Positions 50,249 to 62,324 of a stretch of DNA of 64,000 bases are shown one piece after another. The notes beneath the pieces were generated by a model that was not told the origin of the DNA, ran no database searches, and worked only from the letters and a program-made list of their open reading frames with translations. Source of the stretch: Paramoeba atlantica (lineage: Eukaryota > Protista > Discosea); the NCBI GenBank assembly GCA_977017575.1, contig CDRNVI010000140.1:1-64000 (forward strand). Direction: 5' to 3'. How positions within the stretch are numbered: the first letter of the stretch is position 1; every line of letters starts with the position of its first letter. The position numbers were made by a program, and so were the translations under genes.

Positions 50249-51089
50249 CACCCTTCCAAATGAATATGTTTCACATAAATCAGAAGAAGGAATTTCACAA
50301 CACATCAGAAATCAAGAACAATTAAAGCAAAGCAACAAGACAAGTGGGATTTACATTTAGCACAGCAAATCAAGATGAGGTGAACAGACAGAGACCCATC
50401 ATTGAACCAAATATCAAGCCATCAAGGAAATCAGAATGAATCACAAAATCACAAGAACAAATATCAGTAGAATAGAATGGAAAAACATAAGGGATTGGTG
50501 CAGAAGCAATCAATAATCCAAAACATATTACTTTGAAGCAAAAGAGGGATCAACACAAGAGCGCAAGAGATAATCAAAGAACTTAAGGCATGGACATGGA
50601 GAACAAGACAGAAAAATTCAATTCAGGAATTCAAAAATAATACAACCCAGAAAAGGAGAAATCGATCCAACAAAAACAGCAGGGAATAGGAAGAGAGGGA
50701 TTTGTGTTCACTACTGGAGACACAGGTGGTGCATTGAATCCTCAGAAATGCTATGTTCACTCATCATTGAGCGAGGATTGGAAGGGAGAAAGGATAAGTG
50801 TTCAACAGGAATCACTATTGCATAGTTCCTCTGGGTATGCTACATTTACTCATCATTGAGAGAGGAAGGTGCTGAAGATGTTGAAAAGAAGAATCTTTCA
50901 GAGAAAAGCAAAACAAGTCATCATAAGATGAACCGGTGAGATTGAGAGTAGAAAATCAAAAATGATTTCAACAGAGACAAAGAAATCAAAAGTCCTTAAA
51001 AAAAATAGGGGGTTCAAGATACAATTGTCTGAATTTCCTATCTTTTGTTGTAGTGTGTATTCTTGTGGCTGGTTGCCACAGAAAATATT

Positions 51090-53363
51090 ATGGAAACCTC
51101 TTCACCCAGTGTAAAGGAAGGAGAGGGAATTCCTGCCAGAAACGCCTGGTCAGGACGAGCGGATAGTGAATCATTTGCTCAAGTTGTAAAAAAAAGTGAA
51201 AGAAAGAAAAGACCTCTTGAAACCAAGGAAGGCTTTCCAGCCTCTAAAGGTCTCAGCGATGTGTTACACGAGATTGATCGGAACAATGTCAGACTATACC
51301 AAGGTTTAGTCGTGCGCCTGAACCCAAAAACTGTTGTTGGAGCCAAGTCGAGACCAACAAAGTTAGTGGAATCACTGGATTTTAGACCAGGACTTCCCAA
51401 TTTCAACGAGGTTATCAAAGCGATTGAAAATGTGACTTCTCTTAAAGGGAAGATTTTTGTGAACGTCAAGCAGGGCCATTTTGTGATCTCAGTGCTCGAG
51501 AACATGGATGCTGCCAGTGTAGAAAAAGAGTTTTTGAGCAAAGGTGACGAATTGGCAAAAAAACTCAAGAAATCCTTTGTCTGGAGGAACAATGAGGATG
51601 CAAAATTGTGGGGGCTCAAAATCAGGGTTCCCTTCGAAGCCGAGGGCGTGGAGTGGATCCAGAATCTTTTTGCTGGCCCAAATTCTCTTCCGAGACATAA
51701 TTTGAAGAAAGTAGTTCAAATTGCCCAAAATTGTATTGTTTTGGTTTACAACCAAATCCCCATTAACCTTGTCTGTCTCATCGCCCACACCAAAGGGTGG
51801 TTGGGGATTAGTGATACTCAAGCTTGAGTTTCTGTTTGGACCCCAGCGAGGCCCTTTGATAAAGTGGTGAAATGCCCCACTTGCCAAATTAACCATCCTG
51901 CTTGTTTGGATTGTTTATTTGAAATTTTACAAAAAAAGGATCCAAGTGAAGTTGGCAATATGGCAAGAACAGAAATGTACTCGATCAACACCTGCGACCC
52001 CAAAGGAGTTAAGATAAGAAAACAAGCTGCCAGAGATGGTGTGCAATTTAACTTCGTCTCGCCTGAAGGAGTCCCCTCATCCTGTGCCCCCCTCGGTAAA
52101 ACTGGTGAGCCTATGGTGGTGGGTCCTGAGAGAATAGATCAAACTCCCCCCAAGTCACAAGCTTCTAAACCTGCTGAAGGTCTCTCCCCTATTGGTGTTA
52201 AAAAAGATGGCTCAAATTTACCTGTGCGTAATGCTGGTGGCCAAGGGTTGGTGTCTTGTTCACCTAATGTTATTCCTGCTGAACCTACCCCTCCAAAGGG
52301 CCCCCTTCCTGTGAAGAAGAGCCATGAAGTTGTACCCAATAACTTCAAAGTACCTTCTTCCACAACTAAGGGATCAGCTGTCCAAAGGAGTTCCTCTGTG
52401 GGTCCAGTCAAGCATGATGCTGCAGCTCTGAGTAAGACGAGTTCGTTTTCTCCCATCAAGACCAAAACCCCTTCGAAAATTAAAACAATAAATGGGAGCA
52501 GCAAACAAGGTAGTGGATTCTCAGTGCCCCCCATATTGCCAGCCCAGCGACCACAAGCACAACCAAAAAAGAAGAGTACTCGGACATCGGTGAACACATG
52601 TTCCAACCCAGTAGTCTCTTCCTTTAAGTCTGCTTCTTCACCAAAAGAGACTGTGGGCAAGTCAAGAAATTGTGCTGATTCTGTGATCCAGAAGAAGGAG
52701 AACAGAAGAAGCCAACCTGTTTCCGGCCCTGCTCCCATCTTCATCAACGAAGAAGATTTACCAGTCGAAAATGGATTGGTGGAGGAACCTGACAATAGAA
52801 GGGAGGCGAAATCAATGTTAAAGAAATTGAACCTGAACATCGAATGGGCAAGCACAACCGAGGATTTCAGAAGAGTTTATGAGGGGTTGGAGAATGGCTC
52901 AATTTTCCCAGAGGATAGGAGATTAAGGCATCAAGCTTTCTATTTGGTTGAGTACCTTATGAAGACAGGATGCACCAAGAGGAAGAAGGGCGGATCAGAA
53001 GAGGTGATTAATGTTAGAGTAGGGTGGGAGAAAGGAAAGAATGAGAGTGAAGAGGAAAAGGGAAAAATATTGCAAAAGAAAAGAAAAATTGCACAAGAAA
53101 AGGAAAGTGGGGAAAGAAAGCCGGTGAATTTTCCAAATGAGGAAGGGGTGGGTGTTGTTCATCCACTTATGGAAAAACCTGAGGAAAGAGGCAGTGGTGT
53201 CCAAGACGGTGTCCCCTTTTCCTTTTTGTTTGAAGGGTCAGATATGAAAGTGGAAGGAGAAGAGGAGGAAGAGGGGGATGCTATGGAGATCGAAACGAAT
53301 GAGGAGTTTGCCAGAACAACCCAAGCAAGGAGAGAGAGTGAGGGAGGGAAGTCAGTCGTTTAA
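51090..53363 (+). pseudogene. LINE-B ORF1 (one in-frame TGA at 51825-51827)
   Basis: ORFs 51063-51827 and 51864-53363 are in the same frame, and the 38877 copy has Arg (CGG) at the stop position. Contains a C-x2-C-x3-H-x2-C-x2-C motif (CPTCQINHPACLDC). Confidence 0.8.
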
Positions 53364-53460
53364 AAAAAAAAAAAAACACAAAAACACAAAAACACAAAAA
53401 CACAAAAACACAAAAACACAAAAACACAAAAACAAAAAAAAAAAAAAAAACAAACAAACA

Positions 53461-56400
53461 ATGACTAAACTCAGGAAGAAAAAGAATAAGAAGAGAAAGG
53501 AAAAGGGATTGGTGGATATTAGAAGTAGCTTTGGTGTGGGCCCCCAGGTAGCCCCTCCCCCAACAACAAACTTGCCTAATGTATTCCAGTCAGAGTGCCT
53601 CCCATCAGGTCCTCCGAGTGAGCCAGGAGTTGACCCCCGTGATAGGTCCTCAGCTAATTTAAGTGAGAGTGATGAATGTAGGTTTCCTGATGCATGTGTT
53701 ATCTCCTGGAACATGAATGGGATTCAAAATTTCGAAAAATTGAGAACCCTTCAGAAGATGGCTGGGAGTTGTCGGCCTCTTTTCATTTTGATTCAAGAAT
53801 CTCACTCTGATTTTGAATGTGACCTCGATCTCATCAGGAACCAATTGAGGAAGTATATCTGGTTGAGAGACAACTCCTTTGGGAAGAGGAGGGGTCTGCT
53901 CATTGGAGTTAGGCGGATGGAGGGGGTGAAAGAGATCTCTCCCTGTTTCTTTGACCAGACCATGAGTGGATTATTTGGTGTCCATGTGACTATTGGATCG
54001 ACGAACTATTCTGTCCTGAATATATACCATCACCCTGACCTCAAAGTAGCCACCATCTCACAGGAGGCTGCTCGTTTTTTCGGCCAGAACCCCAGGAGCA
54101 TAAATATCTTTGGGGGTGATTTCAATTGGGATGTGAAGGAAAAACAGATGGGGGAAATTGAAAAGTGTTGTGCTTCTCTTTGTATGTCACGCTTGAAATG
54201 GGATGAACCCACCCATTATAAAGGGAGGTGTATTGACCATATCTTCTTCTCATCCAAGGTTCCATTAAAATGTTTGTTTATCAATGCCATCCTGTCCAGC
54301 TTTAAAGATCATGCACTGCTGATTGGAGGATCCTTGTTTAAGGAATGGGAGATTCGGGTGAATAAGAAATCCATCCCTGAGTATCTGATTAATGACCATG
54401 GGTTCATCAACACTCTTATTGAGAGGATGGGTACCTTCTCCAAGGGTGATGATCCCAATGAGTTTTTGACCAGATTTAAGACCACAGCTTGGGAATTAGT
54501 TCCCTACTGGAGAGAAAGAAACACTGAGGCGGCATTGTTTAGAGAACTGTGGAAGATCCACTCTCTTGTAAGATCCCTTCGCAATTCTTGCATTCTTAGG
54601 AAATCTACTGTCCAGAGGCCATACTCTTCCCTTGAAATGGGTCTGTTGGACCAGGCCTCCCTTGGTTGGAAAGGTCCGAAGGAAGGGAAGTCGTGGAGGA
54701 GAGGAATAATCCCCAGAATGATTTCTGCAGTGCTCAAGAAGATTGAATGCATTGAAGGACAGTTGGGGATCTTTATTGACAGTCACCCTGTGAGGCCTAA
54801 AGTGAGATCATCCCCAAGGGTTAAAGGAATTGTTGTGGATGGGGTCATTTCCAGAGATAATGGTGTGGTCCAGAAAGCAATTAAAGAATTTTGGGGGAAT
54901 CTATTGGGCTCAGTGAGGCCATACAACAAGGACTCCCTCCAGAAGCTGATTGAGAACCATAAACCTCAGTTTCCTAAGGTTGATTACCATGTTGTTGATG
55001 GGGCCAAGGTTGATAAACTGCTGTGACAGTGCAATAATTCAAGCACTGGCCCAGATGGTATCCCCTTTGCTCTCTACAGAGTGACAAGTGAACAGCTGTG
55101 TGATATGTGGTGTGAACTTATTCAGAGAGCTGGGGAATCAATGGATTTCCCTGAGTTGTTTGGGGAGAGTCAGCTTGTGTTACTACCTAAGATTGAGAAT
55201 ATTCCTCGTCCTGACCAATTTCGACCAATAAGTATTACCAATTCTGATTATCGGATTGTGATGAGATATTGGGCCAAATGGCTGATGGAGAGTGCCAGAG
55301 AGGTGATTTCCCCGGAACAAAATGCTATATTTGCTGGAAGGTCCATTGATAATGCAGTGGAATCGATACATGATGGGTTTATGGAAGTGGTAGCAGAGGG
55401 CAAAGATGTGACCATCCTCCAAACTGATTTCTGTAAGGCCTATGACTATGTTAACCATGAAGCCCTTATGGAGTTGCTGATTGGGTTGAATGCTCCACCC
55501 CAAGCCCTTGAAGTTGTATCTAAAGTTCTGCGAGAGTCAGATACATGGCTTCCAACTGTAGGATCGAATGATAAGACACAGAAGGAAGCCATCAAGAGCC
55601 GGACTGGTGTGCGACAAGGCTGCCCCATTTCACCTCTTCTGTTCATTATCCTTTTTGATGTTTTATTGGTTAGTTTGAACAATGGGGGTGACCTTGAGAA
55701 GCTTGCTGGGTTCATGGATGACTTAGCCCTTCTCCTTCACAGGGTTCAGTCCATAAATTCCTTGACCTCAACCTTCCAAGAATATGAACAAGGAACTGGG
55801 ACCAAACTTAACTACAACAAATGCTTTGTATTGTCAACTGAAAAATTCGCTCCTGTGGGCCCTTGGGTTGAAATGCCTTCAGCTAATTATTTGGGAGAGG
55901 AGACTGTGTACTTGGGAGTTACAATTTCTCGAAGAATGAACCCAACTAAAGACTGGGAAGGGGTGATCAAGAAAATGCAGAAGGTTGGAACAGCAATTAA
56001 GCAAAGGAAAGGCAGCTTCAAGGAGAGAGTCCGGATGATCAATACTTACCTTATTTCTTGTATGGGTTATTTGGCAAGATTCAAGCTTATCTCGAAAGCT
56101 GTCTCCTCAAAGATGTGGAAGGCCATTCATTCAGCCTTAGGTGCATATGCAAATCTAAAGTCCTGTGTAATGACCTCCCTTTGTCCCCCCTTCTTTGAAA
56201 AACCTCAAGTTAGACACTCTATTCTGTTTAACTGGGCTCTGCTGATATTGAGGAAACCTCTCCAAGATCATTATAGGAATCCATTGTCCATTGGGGCCAT
56301 GAGGATTGATGCTTTGGAAGCTAGTGGCACTATCTCAGAACAAGTGAGGATGGGCTCCAAAACCAAGAGATCCTTCTCTCTCCTCTCTCGGAACATTTCT

Positions 56401-57811
56401 GTGGGAGTGGAGAATTTCTATGTGGGGAATGGGTGCTTGAAATGTGTGATCTATAATTTGTCTCTTCCACAAAGACCCCAGATTAAGCGGAACCTTTTGA
56501 AATTCTTTTTGAGGGGTCTTCCAACTGTGGATAAGATTGCCCATTTTATATCTGTGAGTCCACTTTGTTGGCTGTGTAGGAAAGCCAAAGAGTCAAGGGT
56601 GCACCTCCTTGAAGAATGTCTGAAAGCTAAGGCAATTTTGAAAACTATTGGGAGGAGATGCTTTGTTTTAAAGATTCCTGGGTGGGAGAGTGCCGACTTT
56701 GTGTGTGGATTTATGAACCAGTATCTAAAGAAGGCTGAAGCATCTGCAGTGAGTGCAGCCCTATTGAGCTTGTGGATCACTGTATGTGCAGAAGGATCGA
56801 AGTCCCCAAGCTTTGCTGTTAAAATTTTTGATGAAATTGCTAAGACAAACAAGATGATCCCCAAACAAACTATAAGAAAGGCTCCCCAAAGGTAAAAGAG
56901 AAGTGAAACAACCAAAGTTCAAGTACCCTGCCTTGCAAGTGTTTTATGATGGCTTTGGGTGTGTAGACCCCCACATTGGGGGAGCTGGGTATGTGATTAT
57001 TAAGGAAGGTTTGGAGGTTGGAGGTGGATTTGAATCAATCCCACTAGGCTCAAATAACTTGGGTGAGTTTTTGGGATGCTTAGCTGGTCTACAACAAGTT
57101 ATTGGCTTTGGGCAACGCATAGAGATGGTGGGAGATTGTAAAATTCTGACTGAGGCAGCGCCTAAGACGAAACCAATTGATAACTTTGAGCTCAACGAGA
57201 TCCTATCTGAGATCAGAAATATTGCTGAGAGTAAATTTGCCAAAGTGGAGTACACTCATGTGTATTGCAAATTCAACAAGAGGTCAGATGCAATTGCAAC
57301 GGCAGCAAGTCACTCTGAAGAGGATGGGATGGAAGCTGTGTTTGATAGGAACTGGGATCCAAGATCGAAACAACTAGCAACAACCAGTGAGGAATGGATT
57401 ATCGAAAATTCCAAGCTGTGGAAGTGGGTGATGGAACCGTTGGATTTGGATTGGAGCTTCCCTGTGAAGAAAGTTCAGTTTAAGAGGAGGTTTAAGGACA
57501 AGGTGATTACAACTAATAATGTTTACTTCCCAGTACAAGCTGCACTGGATGGGGTGATGATTTCTCCTGTGTTCATTTCAGATGATATTGTCAAGTGGTT
57601 TCCAGAAAGAGCTGCACCTGGAGAGATGTTAGAAAGTTTTGTTGAAAAAGAAAACCAGAAATGGAGAGAGGAGTATGAGCAAGCAAGGAACCGTTGGTTG
57701 AAGAGTGCAATGAGATCTTCCATTGTAAGGAAGATTATTAGGCCTATTAAGGCTGTTAAGAAGAAAAGAATTTTGAAAGAGATTCGAATGAGAAATAGAA
57801 AGAAACATTAG
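53461..57811 (+). pseudogene. LINE-B ORF2 (APE-RT-zinc finger-RNase H), one TGA and one +1 frameshift
   Basis: ISWNMNG, IQESH, GGDFN; RPISITNSDY, DFCKAYD, RQGCPISPLLF, FMDD; FYDG...NNLGEF...GDC...NKRSDAIA. TGA at 55024-55026; an extra C in the run at 56884-56887. Confidence 0.9.
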
Positions 57812-60800
57812 AGCTTTTGGCCACTAAGTTGGCACTGAAGTGGGTTGATCCTACTTGATTATAACAATTTAATTTAAGTGTATTCTTGGGTGTCCAGATT
57901 ACACTTCATTTCAATAAATGGCATCTCTGATGTCTAAAATTAAAAAAAAAAAAGAAATCAAAAGTCCAGCAGAAATTATCAAGGTGTCACAAGCTTCAGA
58001 GATGATTGGGAACGGGTGAGAAGAACATTGGACAGAGAGCAACAGGAATGGAGTGCAGCAGCAACAAAAAAGACAAAAAAGATCATCCAGAATAGTGCTG
58101 AAAACATGGTTCAGAGGCAAAGCATTCCAGGTATGCATTTCCAAAATTCAGGAGATGAATTTTCAAAGATAAATCACACATCACATATGTAAAAACAAAT
58201 ATGTTGTCACACAAAGGATAAATGTTGATTAAATCAACAAATGTTACAATTGCATTGAGATTTGAGAAGAGAGGTGAGAAGAACACAAGCTGAAAGAAGA
58301 ACATCAAAGAAAAAATGTCATGAGGCCAGTGAAAATCCATTGCAAGGGTGAGAAAAATAAAGACTCAGAGAATCAGAGAAAATAAAACTCAGAACTCCCT
58401 TGAAAGAACAAAGACGAGGCAATGGAGTCACAAAAGAACAAAGAGGGGACATGAGAACTCCCTTTGAAGGTAACAGGTGTCTTAAAAGCAAAGTAACATC
58501 AGAGGGCATTGTCTAAGGGATTGCAAAGACAAAAGCGGTCATCAAATTGCAGGCAGAACAGAAAGAAATGGGATAGCAATCTCCAAAAATGATGATAACA
58601 TCGAAACAGAGGAAGAAGGAACAACATTCACAATCAACCATAAAACAAGAGAGAATTGGAGAGTGAGAACCAGATCAAAAGATTAAATTGCACAACAATA
58701 ATTTGACGAGAATAAACTATAGGGAATAACAAAGGAAATTGAATAATACCAAAATGTTTTTAGGTGAAGCCAAGAAATTAGTCACGAGTCACACGAACAC
58801 TTCCTTCCAATTTGATATTTTGATCTCATCACAATAAGGGCATTTCAAAACAAGAGAGAGTATTAACCATCAGATTGCAAAACTGAATTGACAGAGAAAA
58901 TCCAAAATCAACTTATCAAAGATCAAGAAAAGACTTAATTCCAATAAATCAACCAATAATTAGAATAGAGTGTAAATGGTGCAAGATGCTCAATGGAACT
59001 TGCTGAAAATAAAACCATTACAAATCAAATTCAAGAATCGACATCATTACCAGAGAATAAACAAAAACATGAGACTATGACAGAGGGAAAAGCGAATCGA
59101 GGTTTCTCAAAGAGAAAAGAAATTTAGAACAGAGAGTATCAATGACAAGAGAGAAGCATCAGCAATCAAGTCAACTTCAAAACAAACAAATCAAATTAGA
59201 AAGGTCATAACTTGGGGGAAAGTGCAATAACCAAAATCAAAACAGCTTCAGGGGTGGTACATCCAAAATTACACAAACACAATTTTTTTAATGGAACACC
59301 CTTCCAACACCAAAATGGGTTTCAAAATTCAAGTAGGAGTATCTGAGAGAGGAATCCAAGTGAAAATAAAGTCCAGAATCGAAATCACAAAAGGTAAGAG
59401 AAAGGTATAAATCTGACAATTTCAAAGCAAAGAAGGAAATCAGAAGAATTTCCATCATCAACCAAAAACAAAAGAACAAAAAGAATCATCCCAAGGCATC
59501 AATCCAAGAATGACAAATTCAGAATGACATTGTCACAAGAAAAACAAGGAGATGGAATCAATTATTTCTTCAATAAAATCAACACAAGGATGAATTCAAT
59601 CAGAAATAAGAGTTCAAATTCATGGGCAGGGAATTTGAGATAATAAGGCGAAAAATCTAAAGCGGTTAACAATAGAGTACATTCAGATTCAAGAAGTATA
59701 AATTCAATCCAGAATTACTTTGAAGATATCAGGAATTTTTAAGAACATCATTGAGACAGAGGGAAAAATCCAATCAAGCTTCGAGGAAACAAAACAAAAC
59801 GAGAAATTGTCAAGCATAAGAATAAATCCAGTCAGGCAAATCCACAATCACAAATTCACAATCAGAAATGGCAGTTGAAGAACAAAAAAAATCCAAAAAT
59901 ACAAATCCACAAATCCAAAATGAGATAGAAATGAGTATTAAAACTACACAACCATCATTCAATCAATACAAATGATAACAAACGTTCATTGAATCAAGAA
60001 AGAAAGCTTGATCAGGGCTCAACTCAAAATCAACAATAAAATAATCATCAAAATGCAGTTTGTAAGCATGAGGCAAACATCAACAAAGACCAATCGAAAT
60101 AATAGAAGGAATCACGAAAATTTTCGAATAGAACCAACAATCACAATATCCAACACAAAGAAGAGATTGAGAAACATGAAGAGGCATTGAGAAATGTTGA
60201 CAAACAAAACTCAAGTCAAGATTATACAAGGAAACAGTGCTGTGTAAGCTGAAGTTGTCCAGAATGTTAATTCCAAATGATATGCTGTTCCGAAAGTATA
60301 ACCAAAGACAAGTAACCAAAACAAACAATGAGCAAGAGGACTGAATTGATTTTACCAACAAAAATGAAGCATGGAAATCAACAAGAAATCATCTCGAGCG
60401 AATCAAAGGCAGAGAGAATCCATAAAACAGAAATAGAACCAAAAAACAGTTGGGCAAAACAAAGAACAAAGTCAAAACAGAGTGTCATGACAGGCAAAGA
60501 AAAACATCAACAAATACAAAAATAATCTCCAAGAAATGAAAAAAATAACATGAATCTTCTATGACATAAGGAGAAAAAACAAAAACAAGTGTGATCAGAA
60601 CTGTGCTTATCGAAAAACCATATGCTAGGTCAAAGACGGCTGCCAGAAATATAATTCAAAACAGTGTACACTGGTATAAAATCGTAAGCTGAAAGCTAAA
60701 AAGCTGGTGCCTTGTTAGGGCTGATAGAAAGGGGGAGAATAAGTGATAATAGGATCGCTGAGGATAGAAGAGAAGGTGTGTCCACATAAATCAAAAGGAG

Positions 60801-61739
60801 AGGGATAAAAGAGAATGACCAGCTCCGTATCACAAAAACAAACAAAAAAATGTCAATCATCCATGCCAAAAGTGCCAAAAAATCGATAACCAGGATCATC
60901 TACAAGAAAGATCCAAAAACCAAAACGGGAAGCTTAATTGCAGCCATAAAACCAAAAATGACAAACAAAATTGTTGTCCAAAACATAAAATCCAAACAGG
61001 AAAAACATTCCACAAAAGAAGGATCAAAAATACTGTAGACATGTCACAAACACAATAAACAGATGAGACATGCACTTCATAAAACAAGGAATTATCGAAA
61101 ACATCTCAAGACAGGAGCAAAACCAACAAATAAATGTACCAAGAGATTCAGCAAGATGAACAAACAACAGAATGATCATTGAGAGCAATGAACAAAATGT
61201 AAAGGGCAAAGTGAGACAATGAGGGATAAAGTCTCAATCCAAAAGTACAAAAACAAGAGACCAAAAATGAAACAAACAGGTTTAAGGTGCAGAAGTATGG
61301 GAACAAGGATCAGAGGCATAAAGAAATTTTCCGAGAAGAATTTCTTCACTCAAAACAAGACCAAAAGAACTTGATTTCCTTGGTTTGAAACAAAGAACAA
61401 GAATCAAAAAATGGTTTTCAATTTTGATGCTCAGTTCACAGAACAACAAACAGACTTTCTCAAAGAGGAAGAAGACAAGAAAACAAAAAACAAACAAACG
61501 AGAAAACAATCAAGATTCACAAACACCAGAATCACAATTGCGAGAATTGGCCAAAAACTGCAACTATGACCCAAGAAAACAAAACGTGAAAAACAAGTTT
61601 TCAACATGAAGAAAAAACACATGAAAAGAAATATGAAAAAGAACGGAGAGGACAGTGATTCAAAATCGCTGCTTCCAGAAAACAAAGATGAAAGAGGAGG
61701 AAGAATAAACTTTCAAAAAACAAAACTCAGGCCAGAAGC

Positions 61740-61753
61740 CTAGACTCTTAATC
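61740..61753 (-). other. Primer-binding site of element B, complementary to the tRNA-Lys(CUU) anticodon arm
   Basis: The + strand reads CTAGA-CT-CTT-AA-TC and abuts the LTR. An identical PBS occurs at 63592-63605 in the second copy. Confidence 0.75.
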
Positions 61754-62324
61754 TGTGAAGTGGCCAGGAGTTTGGGGAAGGAAAGAGTGGGCAGGTGAAG
61801 GAAAGAAGGAAAGGGAAGAAAGGGAAAAAAAAGAAAGAGAAAAGTCAAGAGCAAATCATGGAAAAGATTGGCAGCACATCACAAAGGGAAACCAACCAAG
61901 TAAGTTTATTCCTTTTACCAACAAACAAAAGAAGTATTTGTATGGGACAACAAATATAACAAGTGTGGAATTGACAAGAAGCAAAACAGAATGAAAGACA
62001 AAAACACACAAGAAAAAGGATGTGGCGGAGAGATTAAATCATAGATAAATGTTACAGAACACAGGATTAATTGACATAAAGATTATATAAAATAAACAAA
62101 TAAGATGGTGCAAAAATATTAAGGGAACAACTTGAATTCAGAGTGAGAACTGGGTGGGAAGAGCTCAGATGAGAGAGACAGGAATACATGCAGAATCAGA
62201 ACAGTTTGTACAATCTTACAAATGTTCATCAGAGATATTCACACAACAGGGGAGCACAGTGGTGTACAAAGAGAAACAGATTAATTTGCACAACATGGAA
62301 TCAGTTCACACCAGGATTCTGACA
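61754..62324 (-). repeat. 5' LTR of element B
   Basis: The minus strand starts TGTCAGAATCC, ends CTTCACA, and is followed by the PBS. Confidence 0.92.

Larger units (their letters stand above)
50996..57950 (+). mobile_element. LINE-B: full-length L1/Tx1-clade non-LTR retrotransposon inserted in element B
   Basis: 17-bp TSD aaagaaatcaaaagtcc at 50979-50995 and 57951-57967. Short 5' UTR, ORF1, A-rich spacer, ORF2, AATAAA and polyA. Confidence 0.95.
49678..62324 (-). mobile_element. LTR element B, apparently non-autonomous, with 571-bp LTRs and 5-bp TSD ATTTC
   Basis: LTRs at 49678-50248 and 61754-62324 (TG...CA). ATTTC at 49673-49677 and 62325-62329. PBS 61740-61753 and PPT GGAAGGGTG (50249-50257) both on the minus strand. 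No recognisable gag/pol in the roughly 4.5-kb net internal region. Confidence 0.9.

Noticed and set aside
47362-55026. In-frame TGA codons in both LINEs and in gag, read as recoding or read-through
   Set aside because: Host genes end in TGA (both homeobox genes), and where a sister copy can be compared the TGA mostly aligns to Arg, so CGA>TGA decay is the simpler explanation.
56881-56905. Programmed frameshift between RT and RNase H in LINE-B
   Set aside because: LINE-A has the same region in one frame, and a single extra C in a C-run explains the shift (mutation or sequencing error).
57968-61700. Degenerate gag-pol inside element B
   Set aside because: I found no integrase, RT or RNase H motif in any frame by eye; a stop-tolerant HMM search is still needed.
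61725-61760. tRNA-Lys gene
   Set aside because: Only the anticodon arm matches, with no acceptor stem or T-arm, and it abuts an LTR, so it is a PBS.
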